This document shows positions 37,124-46,471 of a stretch of DNA of 64,000 nt, piece by piece. This stretch comes from an uncultured Candidatus Saccharibacteria bacterium (GTDB lineage Bacteria > Patescibacteriota > Minisyncoccia > Phycocordibacterales > UBA6065). The stretch covers positions 64,153 to 128,152 of the forward strand of contig CAYJCZ010000003.1 of the NCBI GenBank assembly GCA_964368835.1, written 5' to 3'. The notes beneath the pieces were generated by a model, which saw nothing but the letters and a program-made list of their open reading frames with translations, was not told the origin of the DNA and did not search any database. Both the position numbers and the translations under genes were made by a program. Every line of letters starts with the position of its first letter. Positions within the stretch are counted from its first letter, which is position 1.

Positions 37124-37131
37124 GGTTCCAA

Positions 37132-37150
37132 CATAGTCCAGACGGCCAAC
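37132..37150 (+). repeat. intergenic motif copy 6
   Basis: ccaacatagtccagacggccaac. Confidence 0.65.
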
Positions 37151-37197
37151 CAGTTTCAATTTAATTCATATAGCTCAGGAGGTGTTAGTATGTTGGT

Positions 37198-37467
37198 ATG
37201 GAAATATCAGATAACTCTCACAATAAAATAGAAGAGGTTTTGGCCATAATTTTCTCAGCACTTGTTCTAATAATGGCAGCGGATTGGTTTATTAGGGGCC
37301 GTATGAGTCTCGTGTCAGGCATTTTATTTATCATGATTATATGTCTTTCTTTTTTACCTCTCCGTAGATTTATAAAACAAAAAATGCCTGCTCTTATACC
37401 CCGAAAAGACATATCAATTTTATTAGTAATAATTTTCCTTGGTCTTACGGTTTTCTTTTCTATTTAA
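37198..37467 (+). CDS. small membrane protein (89 aa)
   Basis: Two or three TM helices. Confidence 0.4.
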   Translation: MEISDNSHNKIEEVLAIIFSALVLIMAADWFIRGRMSLVSGILFIMIICLSFLPLRRFIKQKMPALIPRKDISILLVIIFLGLTVFFSI

Positions 37468-37537
37468 TCTGCTATTACATAAAGAACAGCGAATTTTTCA
37501 TCGCTATTTGCATCAAAAGGAGGGTTACATTTTTAAA

Positions 37538-37553
37538 TCCAACACTGTCCTAG
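37538..37553 (+). repeat. intergenic motif copy 7 (short variant TCCAACACTGTCCTA)
   Basis: About 35 nt upstream of the 37588 ATG. Confidence 0.55.
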
Positions 37554-37587
37554 ATAGTCAATAAATATTTCGTGATATAGTTTTTAT

Positions 37588-38589
37588 ATGAAAAAAAGAT
37601 TGGTTATTTGCATTACTTTAATAATTTTAGCTATGTTTGCGATTGTTGTATTTTACAAAGACTACAGTACTTCGATGCGCCTAAAAGCGCTAAAAGAGCG
37701 CTGGCAATCTGCCTACCAATCTAAAAATGTGTTCGCAAAGCTTGAGCTCATGGATGACTATAAAAAAATTATTCTTGATCGATCTGAGAATATAAGGCTT
37801 CGTAAAATGGCGTTGATAGATTCATTGGGCACTTTTCGTATAAGCCCGGAGGGAATAGATGATGCAAATAAATCATCATGGACGGATGCATACATATTTA
37901 CTTTAAATAATTGTAGCGATTTTGGGCCAACATTGGGATGCGCGAGAGTGCTACAGTATCTTTATCTTGCAGATTACAATGATCCGAAACTGGATAGCTG
38001 GTATTACGAGAAGATGAAAGATGAAAGTTTGCCTGCGACAGATAGATCTTGGCTGGTATTAAATTTAACAAAGTATGTTGGATTGACGGAAAGGAATAGG
38101 CAAATTATTCAAAAATTTGCAAAAGATGATGTAAATTGGATTCCTTTAGAATTGGCATCTCTCGTTAAGACACACGAGGAAGCAATATTTATCCTTGATT
38201 TATATGCTCATCCGTCTTGTGATCCTTTTGTATATAAGTCTGGATTCTGCAATTCGTTTAAGCAGTACATGGGAAACGTGCCACCTTCATCTGATGTAAA
38301 GAAGCTTTATGCTGACGTGGTTCTCACCAAGAGTTGTAATAATGTTGATTATATTGCGAATCACTACGAATATTATGGATTATTCACAGGTAATGTGAGC
38401 GGTATTATGGTTGCCTGTTTTAAGAAAAATTTGATTACTAATTCTGCACAAAGGGTTATCTGGTTAGATTGGGCAGCGCAAAGATTTGTAAAGAATAGAG
38501 CAACTATGGGATGGGATAGTAATTTTCGTGAGCAAATAAGTCCATATCTTACAGGAGATGAGAAAACTAAATATTTAAATAGTTTTTAA
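37588..38589 (+). CDS. hypothetical protein with an N-terminal membrane anchor (333 aa)
   Basis: ORF with one TM segment near the N-terminus. Confidence 0.6.
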   Translation: MKKRLVICITLIILAMFAIVVFYKDYSTSMRLKALKERWQSAYQSKNVFAKLELMDDYKKIILDRSENIRLRKMALIDSLGTFRISPEGIDDANKSSWTDAYIFTLNNCSDFGPTLGCARVLQYLYLADYNDPKLDSWYYEKMKDESLPATDRSWLVLNLTKYVGLTERNRQIIQKFAKDDVNWIPLELASLVKTHEEAIFILDLYAHPSCDPFVYKSGFCNSFKQYMGNVPPSSDVKKLYADVVLTKSCNNVDYIANHYEYYGLFTGNVSGIMVACFKKNLITNSAQRVIWLDWAAQRFVKNRATMGWDSNFREQISPYLTGDEKTKYLNSF

Positions 38590-38598
38590 AAAAATAAG

Positions 38599-38614
38599 TC
38601 CAACACTGTCCTAT
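38599..38614 (+). repeat. intergenic motif copy 8 (short variant)
   Basis: gtccaacactgtccta, 7 nt before the 38621 ATG. Confidence 0.55.
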
Positions 38615-38620
38615 TAAAAT

Positions 38621-39106
38621 ATGAAAATTCATCCGGAAACAAGAATAGGGCATGTTCACTTAACGGTTGCAGATCTCGATCGATCATTAGCATTTTATCG
38701 AGACCTACTTGGTTTTGAGGTGACCGCTCGTTACGGGGACTCAGCGGTATTTTTGTCTGCGGGAGGATATCATCATCATATTGGACTCAACACATGGGCA
38801 GGTAAGGGCGTGACTCCGCCACCGCCAAATCATTCTGGGCTTTTTCATTTTGCTATTTTGTTTCCAACGCGACGTGAGCTGGCTGTCATATTAAAAAGGT
38901 TGATTGATGCAGGTTATCCATTCACAGGTTCTGCAGATCATGGGGTTTCTGAGGCACTTTATCTGAATGATCCTGATAATATCGGTGTTGAATTATATGC
39001 GGATCGACCTCGCTCAAGCTGGAAAGTTAAAAATGATGGGGAGGTAGAAATGGTCACAGAGGCACTCGATATTGAAAGTTTGTTGCAAGAACTAGATGAT
39101 AAATAG
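38621..39106 (+). CDS. VOC-family protein (glyoxalase/bleomycin-resistance/extradiol-dioxygenase fold)
   Basis: HVHLTVADLDRSLAFY and a paired betaalphabetabetabeta layout. Confidence 0.7.
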   Translation: MKIHPETRIGHVHLTVADLDRSLAFYRDLLGFEVTARYGDSAVFLSAGGYHHHIGLNTWAGKGVTPPPPNHSGLFHFAILFPTRRELAVILKRLIDAGYPFTGSADHGVSEALYLNDPDNIGVELYADRPRSSWKVKNDGEVEMVTEALDIESLLQELDDK

Positions 39107-39131
39107 TGTCTGACGCCTCTAACAAAGTTTT

Positions 39132-39551
39132 TTGCTACAATTTAAATATATGAAAAATACATATCTTAACTTACCCATTAGAAGCGTAGCTGCTACCGAC
39201 AAATTTTTCTCATCTCTAGGGATGAAAAAGAACGAACAGTTTAGTGGTCCAGGTGGTACAAATGTAATCATCAATGAAAACACCTATGTAATGCTCCTCG
39301 AGGACAATCGTTTCGCAGGTTTTATTGATGCCAATCCTGAAGTAATAAACAATAATCAAATTCTGTGCTTGCAGTTTGATACAAAGGCTGAAGTGGATTC
39401 CTTTTTTAATAAAGCGATTGCAGCCGGAGCTACAGATATGACAAAACCTGATCCAGAATCAGCAGCTTTTATGTACGATAAAGCATTCCGCGATATCAAT
39501 GGTCATATTTGGCAGATGTTTGTGTTCACAGCAGAAATGCCTAAGGCATAG
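39132..39551 (+). CDS. glyoxalase-like VOC domain protein
   Basis: 139 aa, VOC-like. Confidence 0.55.
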   Translation: MLQFKYMKNTYLNLPIRSVAATDKFFSSLGMKKNEQFSGPGGTNVIINENTYVMLLEDNRFAGFIDANPEVINNNQILCLQFDTKAEVDSFFNKAIAAGATDMTKPDPESAAFMYDKAFRDINGHIWQMFVFTAEMPKA

Positions 39552-39589
39552 AAGTTTCAACGGTGACCCTGAACAAACACCCTCGAACA

Positions 39590-39958
39590 CTACTTCCTCA
39601 AAATCTTCTCCATTTTCCTCCCTTTCGCCAACTCATCAATCAATTTATCCAAGTAGCGTATTTCACGCATGAGTGGATCTGTTATTTCTTCTATTCGAAC
39701 ACCACAAATCATTCCTGTAATCAAAGTTCGAGAAGGATTAAGTCCCGTTGCATCCTTGAAGAAGGTTTCAAAGTTCACTCTCTTTTCAATCTGTGCCTCA
39801 AGCTGCTTCTTTGTATAGCCCGTAAGCCAACACATAATTTCATCTACCTCCGCTTTTGTACGTCCTTTCCTCTCTGCTTTAGCAACATACATGGGATACA
39901 CGTCCGCAAAAATCATAGTATAAATTCGGTGCTTTTTTGTAGTGTTTTCTTGCTTCAT
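39590..39958 (-). CDS. hypothetical protein (122 aa, DUF-type)
   Basis: ORF only. Confidence 0.5.
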   Translation of the reverse strand: MKQENTTKKHRIYTMIFADVYPMYVAKAERKGRTKAEVDEIMCWLTGYTKKQLEAQIEKRVNFETFFKDATGLNPSRTLITGMICGVRIEEITDPLMREIRYLDKLIDELAKGRKMEKILRK

Positions 39959-39983
39959 ATTCCTCCTATTTTACCACTAAACA

Positions 39984-40505
39984 GTGTTCGTTTTATTGGT
40001 ATATACTTACTACATGACATACAATTTGCACCCACTTTTTGTTCACTTTCCAATAGCGCTTCTTTTTATTTATTCAATTATCAAGATCTTGCCAATGCAG
40101 CGTTTCCTGCCCCGCGTTGCATGGAAGGATGTCGAACGTATATTACTCGTCATTGGTGTACTCAGCGCCTTTATCGCCCTTTCAACCGGTGAAACAGCCG
40201 AGCACCTCGTCAGGCCAGATCACAAGCTTGTTGAAACCCACTCTACATTTGCAACAATTTCTACCTGGCTCTACGCAGCTTTGCTGATTGGAGAAATCGC
40301 AAGTTTTCTGGCTACAAAAATTAATAATCCTATTATTATCTTTCTCAAAAAGCTTCTTACCAATGAGTGGCTTTCAAAGATAATCTCTATTCTAGCCCTT
40401 GCAAGTATTGCTATCACGGGACTACTCGGCGGAATAATGGTGTATGGAACCTCAGCAGACCCACTGGCAGAAATGGCGCTTAAGATTCTTGGAATTACAC
40501 TCTAG
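39984..40505 (+). CDS. membrane protein (DUF2231-like)
   Basis: A likely start at the MTYNLHPLFVHFPIAL ATG (40014). Four TM helices. Confidence 0.5.
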   Translation: MFVLLVYTYYMTYNLHPLFVHFPIALLFIYSIIKILPMQRFLPRVAWKDVERILLVIGVLSAFIALSTGETAEHLVRPDHKLVETHSTFATISTWLYAALLIGEIASFLATKINNPIIIFLKKLLTNEWLSKIISILALASIAITGLLGGIMVYGTSADPLAEMALKILGITL

Positions 40506-40541
40506 TTAACACCTTGGAATTATTTGTTATAATCCAGAATT

Positions 40542-40790
40542 ATGAAGAACAATTTTTGCGAAAGCTGCCTTATGCCGTTTAGTAAGGATCCAGGCGTCAG
40601 AGAGTCGCCTCGATACTGCAGCCTCTGTTATAGAGGAGGAAGACTTCTATACCCTGGAAACGATCGTAAGAAATTCCAAGAGATCGTCTATTCAATGATG
40701 CGAAGGCGAGGTATAAATCCGGTCATCGCACGCATGCAGACTTTTATGATTCGTTTTGCTCCGCGCTGGAAAAAGCCTCTAAAGAAGTAA
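40542..40790 (+). CDS. small zinc-ribbon protein
   Basis: Two CxxC pairs (CESC...CSLC). Confidence 0.4.
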   Translation: MKNNFCESCLMPFSKDPGVRESPRYCSLCYRGGRLLYPGNDRKKFQEIVYSMMRRRGINPVIARMQTFMIRFAPRWKKPLKK

Positions 40791-40795
40791 AACTC

Positions 40796-41830
40796 CTATA
40801 CAAAGAGCCCCTGCTCTTTTTCGCCAGCTATCTCGAGGATCGCAAGCTCGAGAGGTAATTCTCTGATAGGAGAAATTCCGATGTAATCGTATGTACCGAG
40901 AAGCGATCGCAAAAGTTTTGAGTCTACTTTTGTAGAGATTTCTTGAATAAATTTCTTGTCTTCATCAGAAGCCTGAGATACAACATCCTCTGCGACGGAC
41001 ATTTTTACAAACAATGCCAAACGTATCATTGAAACAGTAAGCTCAAGAAAAAGCTTTGGATCAAATGACTGCGCACGGATTTTTGAGATAACCTCGAATG
41101 CAGCTTTACTATTCTTTTCTGCAAGTGCCTTTACAAACATTCGCACAAGCTCTGATTTTGGAGAACCGGTTGCTTCTTCGACATCTACCTTAGTAATTTT
41201 TTTCCCGTTCACTCCTGCGACAACGCGCTCCAATATTCCGTGAGTGTCACGAAACGATCCGTCACCTACGAGTGCCACAAGCTCTGCAGCGGCAGGCTCA
41301 ATACTGTAGCCTTCCTTTTTAGCTACGGCCGTTACAGTATCCTTGAGTATCTCAACCGTTGGACGCTTGAATTCAAATACCTGACAGCGAGAAACAATGG
41401 TCTCTGGGAGCTTGTGAACCTCAGTTGTAGCGAGAATAAATACGACGTGCTTTGGTGGTTCTTCAAGAGTTTTCAAAAGCGCATTGAACGCCTCTTTTGT
41501 AAGCATATGCACTTCATCTATGATGTAGACCTTGAATTTTGATTCGAATGGAAGAGTTGCGACAGCATCTCGAAGCGCGCGAATATCATCGATACCACGG
41601 TTTGATGCCGCGTCGATCTCATAAATATCATTTGCTGACGTTCCTATTTCAGATGCAAAAATGCGGGCAATGGAAGTCTTACCAATACCGCGTGAACCTG
41701 CAAAAAGGTATGCGTGAGCAACAGCCTCATTTTCGATAGCACCCTTCAGAGCCTTAACAACAGAATCTTGGCCAATTACTTCTTTAAAGTTTTGCGGACG
41801 ATATTTTCGGTATAGTACTTCGTGTGACAT
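40796..41830 (-). CDS. dnaX: DNA polymerase III subunit gamma/tau (short form)
   Basis: YRPQNFKEVIGQD...GSRGIGKTS Walker A, DEVHML, SRC motif. The 344 aa short form is typical of reduced genomes. Confidence 0.9.
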   Translation of the reverse strand: MSHEVLYRKYRPQNFKEVIGQDSVVKALKGAIENEAVAHAYLFAGSRGIGKTSIARIFASEIGTSANDIYEIDAASNRGIDDIRALRDAVATLPFESKFKVYIIDEVHMLTKEAFNALLKTLEEPPKHVVFILATTEVHKLPETIVSRCQVFEFKRPTVEILKDTVTAVAKKEGYSIEPAAAELVALVGDGSFRDTHGILERVVAGVNGKKITKVDVEEATGSPKSELVRMFVKALAEKNSKAAFEVISKIRAQSFDPKLFLELTVSMIRLALFVKMSVAEDVVSQASDEDKKFIQEISTKVDSKLLRSLLGTYDYIGISPIRELPLELAILEIAGEKEQGLFV

Positions 41831-42166
41831 GGATAGAGTATACCAAATAGAGTGGATTTACATAAAAGCAAAGCGGGCAGAGGGGTGATGGGAACCCTCT
41901 GCCCGCGTTAGGCGTATTACTCACACAATGTCAGCTATTTCTCTTTTATTTTAGCCTGCGATGTCAGGCTTTCATCCCAGTTCCATCTGACCAGGATAAA
42001 GAACAAATTGGTTTGGAAGACGATTAGGTCCGGTTGTAGAGCCATGAAGTGCCCTATCCTTGAAATGAACGTCTTCCTAACTACTGTGACAATACACCCG
42101 GCTGGACATGTTTGCAAGTTAGTTGTGCACAAAAAAACGGACGAATAAATTCATCCGTTGTAGGGC

Positions 42167-42595
42167 TCAGTGAACCCCTGCAAACTTTCGCTTTTCCTGT
42201 AGCTCCTTGAGGCGTTTCTCAGCCTCTTTATGAGCTTTGGTTTTCTTTTTTGGTGTGACCACTGTGGCTGATGGTTTGCCAATCTTTGCCATAGCCTCCT
42301 TTATCTCTTCATCCTCAAAAAGAAATGGATCTGCGTCCCCAACTTTTTTATAAAGAAAGACCTCGGCACCAAGTTGAAGATAATCCAAAATAATGGCTTT
42401 GGAATCCGCAAAGCTACGTTCGCCGCAGCTCCACATACTCCACACTCCATCACTGGTCTTTACCTCGTACCGTAACATGCCTTCATCAGCCGTATCATCT
42501 TGATTACCCGCAAGTGTCCTACCCACTCCTTTATGATGAATGTTTCGGCGTGCTCTAATGAGCCATTCAACCTTTTCACCTTTCGGTTTTTTCAT
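42167..42595 (-). CDS. hypothetical protein (142 aa) downstream of a long structured leader
   Basis: GGAGA SD before the ATG. Preceded by a minus-strand terminator/attenuator hairpin. Confidence 0.55.
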   Translation of the reverse strand: MKKPKGEKVEWLIRARRNIHHKGVGRTLAGNQDDTADEGMLRYEVKTSDGVWSMWSCGERSFADSKAIILDYLQLGAEVFLYKKVGDADPFLFEDEEIKEAMAKIGKPSATVVTPKKKTKAHKEAEKRLKELQEKRKFAGVH

Positions 42596-42667
42596 TGGTT
42601 CTCCGATTTGAGTGTTGATCTTGAAATCTGTTCCGCCCCAACCATACTATTTTGAAAATTGATTGTC

Positions 42668-42705
42668 CAGAAAAAAATCACCCGCTACTTTCGTAGCGGG
42701 TGTAG
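42668..42705 (-). terminator. minus-strand rho-independent terminator or attenuator about 70 nt upstream of the 42595 start codon
   Basis: Minus strand reads cacccgctacgaaagtagcgggtgattttttt. Confidence 0.6.
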
Positions 42706-43298
42706 AAGACTTCTGTTCAATATTCCTCAGTACTTTGCTTCTTTGGAGCTGAGGGGCCATTAAGTGGCCAAACTTTCATGATTGTGAGCGAGCCCATTGT
42801 TTCTCATTAAATCTCCGAAGAAATTTGATGTGAAGCTAGATAATTCTGAGGCTATCTAGTGTTTACTTTGGGTGTCCGACTAGCACACTACCTTTCTCCC
42901 TTTCGGGTTTTGTTTCTTTCCGTATATTCTCTTAGGGGGCAACCGGCATCACATTGTGCCGGCGAATTACACGGTCGTGTTCATACTGATGATTGATTGT
43001 CGCCTGCGGAATTGCAGGCGACTCTCGAGGCCGGCGCCGTCAGACGGGATTCAGCGCGCCGCGGGCGATGTCGATGGAATTCAAATGACTAACGCTGCGG
43101 TACTGCGGGGGACCTTTATTCATGGCGAGGTTCACTCCAGCAGTTCTAAAACATCGTGCGCAAACTTCAAATGAAGCCTGCAATAAAACACGAAATCAAA
43201 GAACTGGTTACTCAAGTATCATATCATACTATTCTAAATTGTCAACACAAAAACACGATTATTGATACTTGTCGAAAAATACCCTTATATAGAGCCAT
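42706..43298 (-). ncRNA. candidate large structured ncRNA or riboswitch-type leader (~600 nt)
   Basis: The largest intergenic gap in a dense genome. It holds several GC-rich perfect hairpins (ccggca...tgccgg, cgcctgc...gcaggcg) in AT-rich DNA and ends at the terminator. No protein-like ORF on either strand. Its class could not be assigned by eye. Confidence 0.35.
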
Positions 43299-44279
43299 TT
43301 AAACGATATCTCCTCGAGATTTGATGAAATCTTTTACCTTCTCCCCCACTTCTTTTGCATCTTTTGCCTCCATAAGCTCGGTTCGAAATTCCTTGGCACC
43401 TTCAAAGCCGTTTACGTACGCTTTGTAATGCTTTTTCATAATTGCAAAACTTTTTATGTCACCCAAAAGCTTTTCATAAAGCTTTGTATGCTCAACCATC
43501 ACCTCCAATTTCTCTTTTATAGTAGGAATTGTTTGCTTTCCGTGAAGCGACGAGAAAAGCCACGGATTTCCAAATATTGCCCGACCGAGCATAACGCCAT
43601 CGGCACCAAACTCCTGGGCTTTTGCTCGTGCATCGTCTAAATCTTTAACATCACCATTTCCCAATATTAAAGTTTGAGGAGAAATTTTGTTTCGCAATTC
43701 TATAACTTCACGAACATGTTCCCAACGTGCGGGGACAAGGGACATCTCCTTTCGAGTCCTACAATGAACAGTAAGCGCGGCCACACCCTCCTCTAGAATT
43801 TCAGGTATCCATGTAGCAATTTCATTTTTGTTGTACCCAATGCGAGTTTTCACAGAAATCGGCAGTTTTGGTGCACCTTCTTTTGCAGCACGTATAATTT
43901 CTCGTGCTAGTTTAGGATTCTTGATCATTGCCGCACCGCATCCCTGCTTTTCAATAGATCGGTCAGGGCAACCCATGTTTATATCAATGCCATCAAAACC
44001 AAGTTTCTGACAAAGTGCCGCTGCTTCGCGCATCTTTTCTGGCTTTGAAGAAAAAAGCTGAGCGACGATCGGTTTTTCTTTTTTAGTAAATTCCAGGTCT
44101 CGTACAAGCACTTTCCTCCCCTCTGAACAGAGACCGTCAGCAGACACAAACTCAGTCCAGAAAACATCTGGCTTACCATACTTTTCTATAATTCTTCGAA
44201 ATGCAGCATCGGTGACATCCGCCATTGGCGCGAGTACAAAGAAGGGTTTTTTGAGTTTTGCCCAGAATCCTAATTCCAT
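43299..44279 (-). CDS. dus: tRNA-dihydrouridine synthase
   Basis: TIM-barrel Dus motifs (LAPMADVTD, catalytic Cys in NMGCP). Confidence 0.9.
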   Translation of the reverse strand: MELGFWAKLKKPFFVLAPMADVTDAAFRRIIEKYGKPDVFWTEFVSADGLCSEGRKVLVRDLEFTKKEKPIVAQLFSSKPEKMREAAALCQKLGFDGIDINMGCPDRSIEKQGCGAAMIKNPKLAREIIRAAKEGAPKLPISVKTRIGYNKNEIATWIPEILEEGVAALTVHCRTRKEMSLVPARWEHVREVIELRNKISPQTLILGNGDVKDLDDARAKAQEFGADGVMLGRAIFGNPWLFSSLHGKQTIPTIKEKLEVMVEHTKLYEKLLGDIKSFAIMKKHYKAYVNGFEGAKEFRTELMEAKDAKEVGEKVKDFIKSRGDIV

Positions 44280-44295
44280 AGAAAGTCACTTTACC

Positions 44296-45162
44296 CTAGA
44301 TTTCTCCAGTGGTCGAGGATTTCATCTTATAGACAACCTTGTTACCTGAATCAATTTTGATGTAATCAAGTTCAGCCAAAAATTTTGCAAAATTTGGTGC
44401 GATTTTTGTATCCAAAACAATAGTCTCAAGATTGGCGAGCACTTTAGCTAAATCATCTTTGGTACTTACAATTATTTTACCTCCATCAAAAAGAGTAATT
44501 GTCATGTAACCATTTTCAAGTATTTCAGCCTCTACCGGTTTAAGCGAAAGCCTCTCTACTTCCTGCATAAAGAATTCCATCTTTTTAAATTCATCAGGTG
44601 GCAAAAAATTCTTGCCGAGAGGGTTTTCAGATATTAACCCCTTGTATACAAAACTTGAGCTTGTTGCCATCGACGAAAGGCAAACTCCTGCACCACAGCT
44701 AACGTGCGATGGGGCAAATACCATTCCAGCCTCATCAATGAGAAAGCATGAGGAACCATCGGCGTTGGAGCACCAACGGGCCGCCTCTTCCCTTTCTGTG
44801 ACAAACACAACAAGAGCATTGAGGCCACGCCGTGACACATCAACCCTCTTTACCGCAGGTAATTGTGCAAGAGTTTCCTCAATATCATCTTTTGGAAATA
44901 GAAAAGTATTTCGCTTTGAAAAAAGATAGCCGTAGTTGCCACTTATTTTCTCGAGCACAACGCTGCGCAAATCTGCCTCTGCAACTCGAGTGGCACCTTC
45001 AGTCACAATCTTTTCGATTGATAGTGAATTGAGCTGGCTAACAAACGAAAGTCCAGATACAACAATCGCAAGAGCGATAAAAGAATACAGAGACAAAAGA
45101 AATACCCGCCTGCGGCGCTTGGCAACGATCTTTTTCTGGTAGACCTTTACCTGCCCACGCAT
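44296..45162 (-). CDS. FtsQ/DivIB-like cell-division protein (TM segment plus POTRA domain)
   Basis: N-terminal basic segment and TM anchor, then a POTRA-like region. Confidence 0.55.
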   Translation of the reverse strand: MRGQVKVYQKKIVAKRRRRVFLLSLYSFIALAIVVSGLSFVSQLNSLSIEKIVTEGATRVAEADLRSVVLEKISGNYGYLFSKRNTFLFPKDDIEETLAQLPAVKRVDVSRRGLNALVVFVTEREEAARWCSNADGSSCFLIDEAGMVFAPSHVSCGAGVCLSSMATSSSFVYKGLISENPLGKNFLPPDEFKKMEFFMQEVERLSLKPVEAEILENGYMTITLFDGGKIIVSTKDDLAKVLANLETIVLDTKIAPNFAKFLAELDYIKIDSGNKVVYKMKSSTTGEI

Positions 45163-45166
45163 GGCC

Positions 45167-46429
45167 TTATTTAGTTATCTTATCCTTTCCGAAGTATGGT
45201 CTGAGTGCTTCTGGTATGCGGATTGATCCATCTGCTTCTTGGCTGTTTTCTACGAGGGATACGAGAATTCGAGGAGTTGGAATTGCGGTACAGTTGAGGG
45301 AATGAGCATAACGGAGCTTTCCTTCTGTATCTCGGTAACGAATATTAAATCGTCGGCACTGGAAATCATGGAAATATGAGGCAGAAGAAATTTCTCGATA
45401 TTTTCCTTCTTTTGGAACCCAAAGCTCAATATCGTATTTCTTTACCTGGCCTAGTCCAAGATCACCTCCGCAGTTTATAACCGTGTGATATGGAATGCCG
45501 AGAGATTCGATAAACTCCTCGGTGTTTCGATTGAGTTCTTCGTGGAGTTTTACAGACGTCTCGTGGCTTGCCTCGCACAAAACCACTTGTTCGAGCTTGT
45601 AGAATTCATGAACGCGAATAAGACCCTTCACATCTTTTGAGTGGCTGCCGGCTTCTCGTCTAAAGCAAGGAGAAAAACCAAGATACTTTATTGGAAACTG
45701 CTTTGCATCCAGTGTTTCTTCGGAATGAAGTGCCATAACAGGAACTTCAGCGGTACCTGCGAGTGCATCGCCATCTTGAGTCATATAGTAATCCTCTACG
45801 TCTCCAGGAAGATGCGCTGTACCGTACAGATTTTCCTTTCGAACAATGACAGGAGGGATAATTGGAGTAAATCCCCTCTTTGAAAAGAAATCCATCGCGT
45901 AGCTCCAGATTGCAAACGAAAGACGAGCGCCTTCACCTGTTAGGAAATACCCACGGAAGCCGTGCACTTTTGCACCGCGTTCAAAATCAACCATCTTCAA
46001 ATTCGTCATGATTTCAACATGATCCTTTGGTTCGAAAGTAAAAGCTGTTTTGTCGCCCCATACTTTGACCTCCTTGTTCTCTGCATCTGTAGCTCCATCT
46101 GGAACTGACATATCAGGAATATTCGGCACCTTAAGCATTAGTCCCTGCCACTCTTTCATTACTTCTTTAAGGCTTTCATCTTCAGCCTGAAGCTCTGTCT
46201 TAAGCTTCTTCATAGATTCAAGAAGCGATGCTTTTGTTGCAGCATCAACCTGAGGGAGTTTTGCAGAAACCGCGTTCTGCTCAGCTCTTTTTGCCTCAAG
46301 GGAAGTCTGAAGTGCCCTCCTCTTATCATCGAGTGCAATTAAAGCAGCAATGTCTATATCGACATGCTTCTTTTGTGCACCCGCTTGGACTAGATCCTTA
46401 TTATCCCTTATGAACTTAATATCAAGCAT
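45167..46429 (-). CDS. serS: seryl-tRNA synthetase
   Basis: N-terminal coiled-coil arm and class II motifs 1-3 (FRREAGSHSKD..., GLGQ). Confidence 0.95.
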   Translation of the reverse strand: MLDIKFIRDNKDLVQAGAQKKHVDIDIAALIALDDKRRALQTSLEAKRAEQNAVSAKLPQVDAATKASLLESMKKLKTELQAEDESLKEVMKEWQGLMLKVPNIPDMSVPDGATDAENKEVKVWGDKTAFTFEPKDHVEIMTNLKMVDFERGAKVHGFRGYFLTGEGARLSFAIWSYAMDFFSKRGFTPIIPPVIVRKENLYGTAHLPGDVEDYYMTQDGDALAGTAEVPVMALHSEETLDAKQFPIKYLGFSPCFRREAGSHSKDVKGLIRVHEFYKLEQVVLCEASHETSVKLHEELNRNTEEFIESLGIPYHTVINCGGDLGLGQVKKYDIELWVPKEGKYREISSASYFHDFQCRRFNIRYRDTEGKLRYAHSLNCTAIPTPRILVSLVENSQEADGSIRIPEALRPYFGKDKITK

Positions 46430-46471
46430 TTTAGATTTTCTTTAACTTACACATACTACAATACAACTCCA

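Noticed and set aside
42706-43298. RNase P RNA or tmRNA in the 600 nt gap
   Set aside because: The conserved RNase P blocks (GGAAAGUCCGGGC, AGGGUGAAA..GGUAAGAGCGCACC, ACAGAACCCGGCUUA) and the tmRNA tRNA-like ends (GGGG...UCGACGGG, ...CCACCA) were not found on either strand.
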